Source: Eukaryota sp. GEM-RC1
Lineage: Eukaryota
Assembly: GCA_040285855.1 (NCBI GenBank)
Contig: JAUFOQ010000002.1
Coordinates: forward strand, 496,001-560,000
Reading direction: 5' to 3'
DNA length: 64,000 nt
Part shown: positions 1 through 12,673 of the stretch, in pieces
How the letters are laid out: each line of letters opens with the position of its first letter
Position numbering within the stretch: position 1 is the first letter of the stretch
Made by a program: the position numbers and the translations under genes
The notes under the pieces: generated by a model
What the model saw: the letters and a program-made list of their open reading frames with translations, nothing else
Told to the model about the DNA's origin: nothing
The model's database searches: none

Positions 1-1726
1 TAGGGCATAACTGATTCAGTTAAATCATTAGCAACAACAGATAATCTCTGAGCTACTTTCTGAGCAGCAATTCTGACCTGTTCAGAAGCATCCTTTTGGC
101 CAACAGAAATCATTTGAGAAATGAGAGAAACATCACCAGAATTACCAGAAACTCTTCTCTTTCTAAGGGCGGTTAAAGCATGAGCACGAACATCGCTATC
201 TACACTGGACACACCAGCCATTAAGAAGTCCTTGATATCATAAAAGTTGATAGCATCACCAGCATTTCCAACGGCAGCTAGAACAATCTCCTTGGGCAGA
301 GAAGACTTGAAGAGAGCAACTAAGTACTTGGCAAGTAAATTTCTAGTTTCACCGTCTACTTTTTCAGCTAACCCACCAAGAGCTAGGATAGAGTTGAATC
401 TGACAGTCTCATCATTGTGAGAATCAGCTTGTTGCATTAAAGCTTCAACTAAACCAACAGTGGGAGATCTGCAGTTCATAGCAACAACGACAGCTTCCTC
501 AACAACAGAGACGTGCTCATTGAAAGGAGAAGAGACGAAGGCGGCCAATACATCACTACTAGCTGAGGTTTGAGCGGCGGCAAGAGAATAAAGACCCATT
601 CGAACAGTTCCAATAGCTTCCTCCTTGGCAGCTTCGTTGACAGCCTTGAATACTGCCTTTAACAAAACATCTGAGTCTGTAGATGATTCAAGCTCAGAGA
701 CCAAGCGCTGAACACGAAGCATTGGGTTGTGCTTTTCTGATTCAATGTTTCTGGCGGAATCAAAGAGGATATAGGCAACGTCAGCAGGTTGAATTTCAGA
801 AGGACGCAGGGTTTGAGTGAACTGGACAGCTACGGCCATATCAAAGAGACCAGAGGCAGTGAGGTTTCCTTCTTTTCCAAAGCAAACACGTGATTGTAAC
901 CAAGGGCATTGGAGGGTCCGGCGTTGAAAGACTTGGCAAGTCCTAGGGTAAGTTCACCATTGGTGTTGAAGTTCACGGAGACGTCACCACTGTTGGCGGC
1001 TTTCAAAACAACGAGGTTGTGGAGGACTCTTGTGGCTTGATGTTTTCCAGAGACGACGGTTGCATGACCTTCACCTTGGAAAGAGATCATGTTGGCAGAA
1101 ACACGGGAATCAGAGAATTGCTTGAAATCAGTCTGACGGAAAGTTTTTTTGAGAGTCAAAGAGGAAGATGAGGAGGGAATTCCATTGACATCGGAGTAAT
1201 GAATACCCAGGGGATCACTTTCCAAAACTCTGAGGGAGGAGTCGGTGAGGGTGACATGGAAGGAGTTGATCACACCAAGTTTGATGCGGACGAGGCGATC
1301 GTCGTCTTTGGTGTATCTCCAAACGCGGAGGACTTCTCCTTGGGCGTTCATTTCAAAGAACATGTCAAGACCGAGGGAACCAGCGTTGATGGAAGGGAAT
1401 TGCTTGTTTCCAGAGACTTGGGGGCTTTCAAGGGGATACCACTCGGCTGTGTTGGCTCTGTCGGTTGCGGATACTTTGGTATCGAAGCAGTTGAATACAA
1501 ACATGAACTTTGCAGTGCTGCCAGATCCAGCTTTTTCAGTACATCGCATAGCAGCGAGTGATCGAAGGTGTCCTTTGGCTCCAGTGTATGTAGCCTTGTC
1601 ATCAACAGGTTTGGTAATGATTCCAGATTCGGTATCGTAATGAAGTTCATCACCCACGTTGTAGGTGAGAAAAGGTCCGGCAAAGCATACAGAGATGCAA
1701 ATCGCTATCAGTAAAATGAGTTTCAT
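1..1726 (-). CDS. Secreted large lipid-transfer (vitellogenin/MTP-like) protein; runs off the window start
   Basis: Signal peptide MKLILLIAICISVCFA, then FFEMNAQGEV...ESDPLG. After a homopolymer frameshift near 870 the frame continues to base 1 with helical repeats containing ILALGGLA and LAAVGNAG. Confidence 0.55.
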
Positions 1727-3238
1727 GGAGGAGAGAATATGGACTTTTAGTTCGATCTAATTTAATTGCTTCATATCTCAAAAAATGAATCATAAAAATA
1801 TGATGTACTTAATATTCAGCATGTTCGACGGTTCAGTACAGCTCATAAACCGCTTTAGTTCAAGGGTGAATGAACCAAAGTGAACGGATTGAATCTGTCT
1901 TCTTCAGAAATCCAAATATCTTGTAAGTATTATCAGATTCAAATAGAATGATCAGTCACCCCATTTCATTGGACGAGTACGTCATGGCCCAATTCACATT
2001 CGAACTGCCTTAGAGGTATTTTCTATTAGTAGTTGGCGTTAAAGCCCACAGGCTCGGTGAGACAATATAATTTGACAATATATACTTATCGTCGAGGTCC
2101 TAATACAAGCGTAGTAGAGGGTATGCTTGTATTGTTTCACAAAATAAACTCACATACAATGTACTTCTTTTTTAAAAAACACTGATCTCTATAAATATAA
2201 CCGGAGAGAGTCATATTGAAATTTTTCACAGATTTTATTTACTAGTCCCGAAAGCCCTTAGCCCTTATAATTGGTGTAAAAACTGGAACACCTGATGGAC
2301 AAGTCTGTAACTCAAGAATAACTAATAGTCTAGAAAACAATGCTACAATGAAGTTTCTCGATTTTTGACGGCAATTATATTTGTTCTACAGACACTAGCC
2401 TTAGGGAAGCGTTTGATTTAACGGCGGTCGATAATTTACGAGATTAACGAAAACCTTGTTTGACCACGAAATTGTAGACGTGTCATATTTTGATGTTTGT
2501 TTTGATTCGATTGATCGACCTGTCTGTTCGGATTGATCAGCATAATGAAAAGCAACTGATTGACGTTTATTTAAGTATCCATTCCAATGTTTGTGATCTT
2601 GTAATGATACAAATTGCATTATTGATACAAATTACATTATAGATCTAATTACATTAGAGATTTAAAGAGCCCTAATCAATGTTGATAAAATGGGCCATTA
2701 TTACAATTAGTTTAGTATATACATGTACACATGCATTAACGCTGGAAGAACTACGTACATGTATCGTAGATGTAGGAGGTAAATAGAATTGCTACTACTT
2801 AAGACAGTGATCGCGTCCGATGTCATATATACTTGTCAACAGTTGCAGAACAAAAGCCTCGTTCTTAACAATGTATATGATAGCAATAAACACTTGGAAA
2901 TGTAAAATCTTAATACATAATTGAATAACACACCAATCACGTCACAAAACCGCACAAATGTTTGACCTTATGATAATAGATATCACAACAATCAATATAT
3001 ATTGAGAAAATTGAATTGTAGGTCTGAGTAAGTGTCAACACAGTGACACTGCCTTAAACAGTAATCGAAATTGCAGTTTAGCAATAATTGCGATTACGGA
3101 TATTTGAATACTACAATCAGTTGCAACTGATCCCTGGTTCTATTTTCAGTGTTCAAGGTTGTGAGAGACCAGTCCTTTTAATGGATTTTCAATCCACAAA
3201 CTTTTCTCAAACTTTTCCCGCCTTTCAACAAATTACAA

Positions 3239-3922
3239 ATGGAATCTAGAGTAGACTATGACTTTCTCTTCAAAGTTGTGCTAATTGGTGATAGTGGCAG
3301 TGGTATCTTTCCATTACTTCATACCAATCTCAGGTAAAAGTTGTCTTCTTTCTCGCTTTACTCGTGACGAATTCATCCGTGAAAGCAAAAGCACTATTGG
3401 TGTTGAGTTTGCCACCAGAAGTCTTGAAATTGATGGAGTAACAATCAAGGCCCAGGTCTGGGATACTGGTATGCATCTTTTCCTCTTATCTCAGCTGGTC
3501 AGGAGCGATACAAAGCAATTACTTCTGCTTATTACCGAGGTGCTGTCGGTGCTCTTCTTGTATATGACATCACGAAAAGAGAGTCTTTTGAAAACGTTGC
3601 ACAATGGCTTGAAGAACTACGTAGCCATGCTGATTCGAACATCGCCATAACCCTTATTGGTAACAAGTGTGATCTAAAATTCGCTAGAGCTGTGAGCGAA
3701 GAGGAAGCCATTGATTTTGCACGACGTAATGACTTGAGTTTTCTCGAAACCTCTGCACTTGATGGAACAAATGTTGATAGGTCTTTCCAAGATGTACTTA
3801 CGTTCATCTATCGTGCAGATTCTCAAAATTTACTTCTTGATGGAGACAATAGTAAAGTGGATGAAGGCGAAGTTATGGTTGATGGAGACTCATCTCAAAG
3901 ACCCGGATGCAGATGTGGATAA
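3239..3922 (+). CDS. RAB11: Rab11-family small GTPase with introns 3303-3333 and 3469-3494
   Basis: Spliced product [18 protein letters not shown]...STIGVEFAT...WDTAGQERY...GNKCDL...ETSA, ending in C-terminal CRCG. Confidence 0.9.
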
Positions 3923-4030
3923 TAGCAGTTTTGTGTACATAAACAATTATTTGAACATGGTTTATATCACTAAAACCCAAAAAAAAACAATAACGAAAAC
4001 TCCCTGTTCGATCAAATTAATGTGTTTAAT

Positions 4031-4748
4031 TTAATCATGTCTTCCAAGCCTGTAACCTCGACCACGTGCCATTGGTTGATAAGGAATTGGATGGAAAAGA
4101 TTGATAAGAAACATGGGGGTTTGAATATAAAATCGCCCCGTTTGTAGAGGCAGTACATCAGTAAAATAATAGTAAATGTGTCCTACAAAAAGACCAATAA
4201 GATGTGGAATGATATTGGTTCCCATAGCTAAATTTAAAATCAACATAGCGAAAGGCAAGTAAGGTGCAGGCATAGGAATGAACAAGAGATTTACACGTGC
4301 ATGAACATTACGACGGGCCCAAATATACATGAGGTAAAAAAAACAAGGAGTAGAAAAGAAAAGGTAAAGAAAGAAACCAACCGGCCGTCAGGAAGGACAT
4401 CATTCCAAGGATAATCATATAAGCCATGTCCTCAGGCTTTCCATGAAAGGATGACTGTTCCAGTTCGACACATGTTCGATAAAGAGTGATGAGGGAGAAA
4501 AAGACAGATATCAGATCTGTTCCCATGTAAGTAAAAGCTGTGACTACCCTCCACAATTGGAAGTGTTTAAAAACACGGGTAGCATCGAAAAACAGATCAT
4601 ACGGAGACACCACACTGGTAATCAGAAGAACAAAGGTTCCGATCAAAAGAACCAATAGTATTCTTGTCACAGGAGGGATTGAATTTACCAAAGAAAAGAG
4701 TGGATTCGGTGGTTGCTGAGGTTGTAGACGTTGTTGATGTGGATACAT
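4031..4748 (-). CDS. DER1: Derlin (ERAD Der1-like); frameshift in an A-run near 4340
   Basis: IPPVTR, QLWRVVTAF, YIWARRN, APYLPF and GHIYYYFTDVLP motifs. Confidence 0.85.
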
Positions 4749-6008
4749 TTGTTTAGGAAGATTTGTAATTCAAATTACATTTCAATTCAAAAAGGGATCC
4801 ACGACCCATATGCTCGTAAAAGTCTAGACACTATTATTTAGTGAGAACATTTGCTGCACATTATTTTCTTTGATACTGTAAACGGCAAATGATTAAGCTC
4901 AAGAAACAGATTTTAGACCGAAAAACCCTTTGGACTAAAGAGTATCAAACCTGGATTGAACATAAAAATGTTTCATCCATGATTTGAACAACTGCATTAG
5001 TAACTAGCAAAAATTGCAGTGGACAGTAGAGAACGCCTTGTGTTCTTTAACAATTAATTTGTGCAAAACAAAGCAATTACACTAAGAAATTATGATCAAC
5101 TCACTCAGCTTAGTTCATGGTGGTTTGAAATCAGTTTCTGTTGTTCACGACTGTTACTGAACTGAACTCATTAACATTGATAAACTAGTTCAGAACCTAC
5201 AGTTAGTAAGTGGAAAACACTATGAACATAAAGTAGCTGAAAGTTCCCAAATATGAAATTTGGACCTGAATGAGATTGATAATTGGAGTGTTCTTGGTCT
5301 TACATATAAGTTAGTTATTTGCAAACAATACTAAAATGAAAAAAAAACAGTAGCTACCTAGACAGCTAACTTACAAAACACTTACAACCATTGTCACACT
5401 ACATTCAACAGTAGTAACTCTATTAACTGATGTTATAGTGGGTTGTTCTAGAACCCCTGTTGGAATATACTACGCTGATTGAACTTAGCTAGTATACTGA
5501 TGGAATTTGTCATGGTCTGAATGCTTGGAGTTTTTTGAGTGGAATTTCATGATTCAACAATTCAGTTGTGTTCTTTCGTACATCTCACGCTTTAGAAGTG
5601 TGAAGCAGTAGACCATAAGAGGTTCGACCATGTAGCTGCTAGATTAAAGTTTAATCATTAAATGCAAACAGGATAAAGTGAATATTAGGTATTTAAGCCT
5701 GATTTAGACTTGTTATCAACGAAAAAACCATCACAACAAATCATCAGGTCTATCATTAATCGTGAATGCTTGATACAGAAGATGTAGAAAATACCATACG
5801 CTTTCTGAAATTGTGCAATATTTTGCGAACAATGTAAGTACAGGACAAGTTCACACTCAATCGCACGGCATCAAACATTCCATTGGGTAACATAGACCAA
5901 TCTGAGGGTTGGATGGCAGAGCCACCTCTCTATGACTCGAATCGACGTGGCATTTCAATTTCATCTGAGAAACGTCTCCCAACATGCTTTTCATCTGACT
6001 TTTTTCTG

Positions 6009-8127
6009 ATGCCCGAAACCTACGAATTCTCCGTTGAGATCAACGAGCTTCTTCAGGTTTGTGTATCCCATTCTCTCATCAAAGCTTATTATCAACACTT
6101 TTTATAGCGACTCCAGCATTTTCTTGAGAGAACTGATCTCCAACGCTTCCGATGCTCTTGATAAAATCCGCTATGAATCTCTTACTGACAAATCTGTCCT
6201 CGATTCTCAACCCGAGTTGAAGATTAGTATCATCCCCGACAAGGAAAACAAACGCCTCATCATCCAAGATACTGGTATCGGTATGACCAAGACTGATCTC
6301 GTTAACAACTTGTCCCAAATCGCTCACTCCGGAACCAAATCATTTATGCAAGGTATCCAATCTGGTGGTGATGTTTCTATGATCGGTCAATTCGGTGTCG
6401 GTTTCTACTCTGCTTATCTCGTTGCCGACAACGTGACCGTTGTTACCAAGCACAATGACGATGATCAATACATCTGGCAATCCTCCGCTGGTGGTCATTA
6501 TACCATTGACATTGATACTGAAGGTGAACGCATCGGCCGTGGTACTCAGATCATCCTCCACATGAAGGAAGAACAACTCGAATATCTGGAAGAAAAGAAG
6601 ATCAAGGATATTGTTAAGAAGCACTCTGAATTTATTAACTATCCCATCTTCCTATTTGTTGAAAAGGAAGTCGAAAAGGACGCTCCCAAAGAAGAAGAAG
6701 AGGAGAAGGAAACCAAGGAAGGTGAAGTCGAAGATGTCTCCTCCGATGAAGAAGACGAAAAGAAGGAAACTAAGAAGATCAAGGAGAAGGTCAAGGAATT
6801 CGAACAGCTCAATACCCAAAAGGCCATCTGGACCAGAAGCCCCAAGGACTGTACCGAAGAAGAATACACCTCTTTCTACAAGGCCCTCACCAACGACTGG
6901 GAAACCTATCTCGGTGTAAAGCACTTCTCCGTTGAAGGTCAACTCGAATTCAAGTCTATCCTCTTTGTTCCCAAGAGAGCTCCATTTGATATGTTTGAAC
7001 GCAGTAAGAAGCAAAACAACATCAAGCTGTACATCCGCCGTGTTTTCATTTCTGATGATGCTTCTGAGCTTATCCCTGAATGGTTATCCTTTGTTAAGGG
7101 TGTTGTCGATTCTGAAGATTTGCCTCTTAACATCTCTCGTGAAATGCTCCAACAGAACAAGGTCATGAAGGTTATCAAGAAGAACTTGGTCAAGAAGTGT
7201 ATTGAACTCTTCACTGAATTGGCTGAAGACGAAGAAAAGTATAAGACTTTCTATGAAAACTTCGCCAAGTACATCAAGCTCGGTATTCATGAAGATGCTA
7301 ACAACCGCAAGAAGCTTGCTGATTTACTCAGATACAAATCCACCACCAGCAAGGGTGAAATGACTTCTCTCGCTGAATACGTTACCAGAATGAAGGAAAC
7401 TCAAAAGAACATTTATTTCATTACTGGAGCCTCCATTGAAGAAATCGAAAACTCTCCTCATCTTGAAATCTTCAAGAAGCGCGATATTGAAGTTTTGTAT
7501 CTCTGTGATCCTATTGATGAGTATGCCGCTCAACAATTGAAGGAATACGAAGAAAAGAAACTCGTCAATGTTACCAAGGAAGGTCTGGAATTGGAAGACG
7601 AAACTGAAGAAGAGAAGAAGGCCAAGGAAGAACTTAAGGCTGCCAATGAATCTCTTTGCAAAACTATGAAGGAAATTCTTGGTGACAAAGTTGAAAAGGT
7701 TGTCATTTCCGATCGTCTTGTTGATACTCCTTGCTGTTTGGTCACCTCTGAACACGGATGGTCAGCTAATATGGAAAGAATCATGAAGGCACAAGCTCTA
7801 CGTGATAACTCCATGTTTGGTGTCATGAGCTCAAAGAAGATCCTAGAAATCTCACCGTCGCATCCAATTATTGCCAATTTGAAGAATATTGCTGAAGAGA
7901 ACAAGGAAAACAAGACCTTGAAGGACATGACTGTTTTACTTTTCGAAACAGCTTTGTTGAGCTCTGGTTTTACTTTGGAAAACCCTCGTCGATTCACCGA
8001 TCGTATTTATCGTATGGTTGCTGTTGGTATGGACGTTGGTGGTGATATGGAAGCTGATGTTCCTGAACTGGAAACCCCTGCTGTAGAAGAAGTTGAGGAA
8101 CAAGGTGAATTAGAATCAATTGATTAA
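6009..8127 (+). CDS. HSP90: Cytosolic Hsp90 with intron 6057-6084
   Basis: Spliced N-terminus [52 protein letters not shown] and [17 protein letters not shown]. Ends in LESID. Confidence 0.97.
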
Positions 8128-8145
8128 ATTAGTATAAATTTATAA

Positions 8146-9926
8146 ATGTTTTTGGATCTCTTATCTGCAAAAGACATTGACTTAGAAGACCCTGACAATG
8201 CAACACTTGAAACACTAAATAACATCTGCACCGCAACTTTGCATGATCATCAACTGTCTTCATCTCACAATTTGAAGAGAGACTCATGTCCAGAGGAAGA
8301 GGAGGATCAGTTAGAATGGTTTTCCGCCTTCATCAAGTTCTGTGAAGAGTGTCTTCACGACGAGATTCCCTTGTCAGCTTCCAGTGTTTTTTTCTCTTTC
8401 AGATTGTTTCGAAGACATCATTGGATGCTTCTCTTGTGCAGTTGCTACTAAGATCCTTGTGCTTAGGTCCTTAGATCAATTACGTGTGACTTCCTCCTCG
8501 CACTCAGTCCCAATCTCCATGTCCGATTCCATGGTTAAAGACATTTGTAACCAAGCCTTGCAGTCATCTTTTCCAACACTTCAATCTCTTATTGCTTTTC
8601 TCACTGTCTCCAATAGATTCTCTTCAGTTTTTTCTTTCTTCTCTCTATGATTTCTCTCACACCCACCCTTTCAATCTTGGAAAGTCTTCCTTCAAGGTCC
8701 ACTACAAGACGGAGATAAGTGGTGATGAGATTATCAAAGTGTCTGACCTTGACATTATAGAATTAGTTGTTGTTCCGGCTCCCTTGTTTATTTCTTCTTT
8801 TGAAGAACTTTCTACAGTTGAACGTCTTAACTTAGTGCCGGAAAAATCATTGCAAATATCTTCTCTGAATAATTCGGTCAAAGTACTGCGCGTGGAATTT
8901 GGAGGTCGTGATTTAGAATGCAACATAACATCATCTAATTACAACTTGCAAGAGTTCTATTGTTCTGGATTTGAGTCCACTGAATCTGTCTCTGGTATCA
9001 ATAATCTCCTGAATCTTCAGTTACTAGAATTAACTTCTGTAAAGCTTCATCAACCAGATATCTGTCAACTGTCATCTTTGTCTGTTTTACGACTAATCTC
9101 TGTTGATTTACCTGCCAATCTGAATTTTTCTCAAAATCATCATTTGCAAAACTTGGTTTTATTCAATGTTAAAAGCGACGTTACCATCTACTTTGGAAAC
9201 AAGAGTCAGCTGAAGTCATTAGACATCAACTCATCCAATGACGTCATCATTGAAGATCATTCTCTACCACAGTTGACCACTCTCAAAACTAATCGTACTA
9301 GTGTTTTTAAAACTCTTATGCCTTCACTTTCAGTTCTCACTCTGTATTATTTTTCAGAAGAACTATTTGACGAAGTTCCACTCATTGAATCACTTCACTC
9401 ATTGGTATTGGTGAACCAAACAGGAGAAAATCTCAATGTTTCAAAATTTCCAAATTCTAAATATTTGGAACTTCATGAATCTGTTCCTTCTTTTTCTGAA
9501 TGTTTCCCTTTTTCAGAGCTCGCTTTAGTTAGACCCTTGCTGACAGAGGATCATGTTGAGAACTTAGTTCAAATTATTCCTCAATTGAATTTAATTGTGT
9601 GTGATATTTCTGCCTTTGTAGGATTGTATTTAGCTCTGATTGAAAATGAAAATTTAAAAATTCTAATCCACAGTCAGCAGAAGAATTCTACTGGGAATGT
9701 TACTTCTTATTTAAACGGACCTCTCTCTAACTTAGCTTCTCGCGTGCTCAAACATGAAGATTTAGCCAAAATTGAATTATTACAATATCTTATTGACACT
9801 CCAACGATCGAATTTTATCCAATATCATGCTGGTTAAACATTTTACATGATGAAGGCTTTGAAAACAACTCAGAAATTGAAGAATCCATTTCAAACTTAG
9901 CTGATGTATTTGAATTCGATTTTTAA
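8146..9926 (+). CDS. Leucine-rich-repeat-like hypothetical protein; probably one gene with two homopolymer frameshifts
   Basis: LxxLxL repeats (LQLLEL, LSVLRL, LKSLDI); the ORFs overlap at T-runs. Confidence 0.5.
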
Positions 9927-10023
9927 TTTGTATATAAATAATTGGGAATTTGCAAACAATAAGAAATAAATAACCACCTTTGAAACGTAATGAAACCAAT
10001 TATTTCAATATTTAAATATTTCA

Positions 10024-11009
10024 CTATTCTGACCGACTACTCTTCACTTCCCCCTCACCTCCTTTCTTCCTCTTTATACACGAGCTGATATCTTTTCCTT
10101 CCTCAGCCTTCTTCTTCGATTCCTCACTGAAACCAATGCTGGTTACATCCTGCAACATCCCCTTTTCATAACCATCATCAACAGTTTCCTCCACTTCTTC
10201 GAGTTTCTCCTTCAACTGTGCAAGTGTCTGGTCAACTGAAGTAGCTTCGGTCAACAAAGACTCATGTAACAAAGTGAAAGATGCAATAGCCCTGGAAAAA
10301 GACTTAGACATTATTTCCTTTTTCGCTCCCAGAAACTGCAAGGCCATTCCTTCAGTGTAAGAAAGTCCTGCTTCTTTCCTCAGAATAAATCGAAGTCCGG
10401 AACTGTCGTTACTATCACTGTAGACCTGTTTCAGTCGTTGAACATGAGAAAGAGCTACTTTACAATGAGCTACACACATTTTGAAATCTTCACGTTGTAG
10501 CTCAAAAATCAGCTAAGCGCATGTGAGTCAAAGTGAGGTATCTGCAGTTGTCAATAGATTCACACCCTGGGCAATCCTGGAATACCTTGTCCTTGTCATT
10601 GAAAACCTCTTTGTTTAGAATAGTAAGTGAACAATGGAGATGTTCCCAAGCAACTTGAACTAAAGGGGCTTCATTGGAATCTTCTTGTTCATCAGAGGAA
10701 GATTCCTGGTCAACACAAGAGGTTTCCACAAGTACATTACCGCTAGGAGCTTCAATTTCAGGTGAAGAAGGGGGATCATCAGCTTCCTCTGAGAAAAGAC
10801 TGTCAGCAAAAACATTGGGGTCGCATTCAATCATTCTAACATTAATGGAACCGGCTAAGAGATATAGAGGAACACATTCAGGGGAAAGTTCTCCGTATTT
10901 AGAGACGGCAAGTTGTAGAGCTTCTTGTACTTTATCAAGTGCTGCATCACAGTCATTAGCTGCCAGGGAGGCCTTCGGATTCAAGACGAAGAGATTCAAT
11001 GGATGACAT
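10024..11009 (-). CDS. NASP: NASP/Hif1-like TPR histone chaperone (frameshifted)
   Basis: SKYGELSPECVPLYLLAG, an acidic insert, QVAWEHL and THMRLADF match SHNi-TPR architecture; basic C-terminal tail. Confidence 0.7.
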
Positions 11010-11030
11010 TTTCGAGTTTCTTTCTGGTAA

Positions 11031-12611
11031 ATGTTTCAATGTCATCAATGTTCTTTAACATCTCTGCCTTCAGATCTACCTGATGATTGTTGTAACATTG
11101 ATGCATCAAAAAACCATCTTAGAGATATTTCCATCTTGTCTCGTTTCCATGTTCTTGGACTTGTAGATCTATCCTATAATCAACTAGAAATTTGTCATCT
11201 TCATTGTCTGTCCTCTTCAATCATCCTTAATCTACGTCTACAAGGTAACTTTTCCCTCCCTCCCTTTGCCCAACTGTCTCACTTTCTTCCTTCCACTTGG
11301 TCTCTAAACGGAGTTTACATCACTCTAGCTGATCGTCTATCCTCATTCTCCCCAAGTGTATGTGTTCCACTACCTACCACTACAACCCCTTCTCTTCACA
11401 ATTCTTTATCTTCTTCCTTTACTTCTTACAGAGCTGGTCCACCAAAGAATCTTAAAGAAGATAGAGCTAGGCTTTCTAAGCTTTGTCTACATTATCATCC
11501 TGATGTGTTGTCTAGTTTTGAGCTTTTCTTTAAGAAACTTTCCTATTTTGAACGAATCGATCTTTGTTTGATTTTTGGACTAATTGGTCGTGGTGTTTTC
11601 TCATCATCAAATGTGACTACATTACTCACTTTATTTTGCAACGATTACTCTACACTTCTACACAATGTAGAACTCTTCCTTTACACTTTCCTATGTCGTT
11701 CCATGAAGGATTCAATCAGCACGTGGACCTTCTCTCAGTACCTAGGAGATGATCCTTCCTATCAGTTTCTTGAGTTTGTAACCTCTACTACGATACCTTC
11801 CTTGAGTTATTCTGCTCTTCTTAAATCTGCTCTAGAGCGACTTCTTCTTTTGTTAAGATCTAAATCCTCATCACCTCTTCTTTCGGAGTCTTCCTTTAAC
11901 TCCCTTTACAATGAAACCTTGTTACTGGTTAATCCCAATGCCAATCGCTCTACTTCCACCAAACCTCTCTCTTCCCTCTTTGAACCACTTCCTTTTGATT
12001 CAATGGAAGTTACAGGGGGGAGGTTGTCTTTAGGTGATGTAGTTATGATGGCTAGGAACTCAACTGCAGCCGTTGTTCTATTGTTTGTGCATATTAACGG
12101 GGTTAACTTTGTTCAATTACAAGTTAATGATTATGAGACTCTAATTGCCAACAAGAAAACCAAGCTAGAGTTCTTTATTTTAAAACTAGACAATGTTCGT
12201 TACTTTAATGGTAATTTCTTCGTCAATGAACCGATTGTTTCCCCCACTGATTCTACTCACCAGTCTTTAGTTACTGTCTTTACGGAAACTTCAGGGTTGT
12301 TTCCTTTTACTTATCTGTTTTCTTCAAATGATTTTTTAAAACACTTGCCAGGCACTTGGAAATCAGTTGGAATTGACTATGATAAAAAGCTCACGTTACA
12401 ATCTTTGAAGAAGGCCAAATCTAAAGATTCTTTAAACAAACAAGTTGGATCTGGATTCTTCCTTACCGAACAGTCAACTCCTTCATTTACCACTTCTACT
12501 GCTAATTGCTCCACTCCACCAGCTCGTCCTTCAAGTAGATACAAAGGATCAGCCAAAGGATCAGTGAAGGGGAAACTGATGGTTAGAGGGGTGGGGAGTC
12601 CTGGTGTGTAA
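11031..12611 (+). CDS. Protein with N-terminal leucine-rich repeats
   Basis: IDASKNHL, VDLSYNQL and LRLQGN in a 526-aa ORF. Confidence 0.6.
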   Translation: MFQCHQCSLTSLPSDLPDDCCNIDASKNHLRDISILSRFHVLGLVDLSYNQLEICHLHCLSSSIILNLRLQGNFSLPPFAQLSHFLPSTWSLNGVYITLADRLSSFSPSVCVPLPTTTTPSLHNSLSSSFTSYRAGPPKNLKEDRARLSKLCLHYHPDVLSSFELFFKKLSYFERIDLCLIFGLIGRGVFSSSNVTTLLTLFCNDYSTLLHNVELFLYTFLCRSMKDSISTWTFSQYLGDDPSYQFLEFVTSTTIPSLSYSALLKSALERLLLLLRSKSSSPLLSESSFNSLYNETLLLVNPNANRSTSTKPLSSLFEPLPFDSMEVTGGRLSLGDVVMMARNSTAAVVLLFVHINGVNFVQLQVNDYETLIANKKTKLEFFILKLDNVRYFNGNFFVNEPIVSPTDSTHQSLVTVFTETSGLFPFTYLFSSNDFLKHLPGTWKSVGIDYDKKLTLQSLKKAKSKDSLNKQVGSGFFLTEQSTPSFTTSTANCSTPPARPSSRYKGSAKGSVKGKLMVRGVGSPGV

Positions 12612-12673
12612 TGTAGAAGAGACTTAAAAGAAGTATAATTTTATTTACAAGAAGAAGAAAAGTTTGATCAAGA

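Noticed and set aside
4800..5900. Possible degraded transposase in the Derlin-Hsp90 spacer
   Set aside because: Short coding-like stretches but no recognisable motif or termini.
6079..7997. Antisense and alternate-frame ORFs over Hsp90, the histones and the kinesins
   Set aside because: Shadow ORFs caused by codon bias of the real genes.
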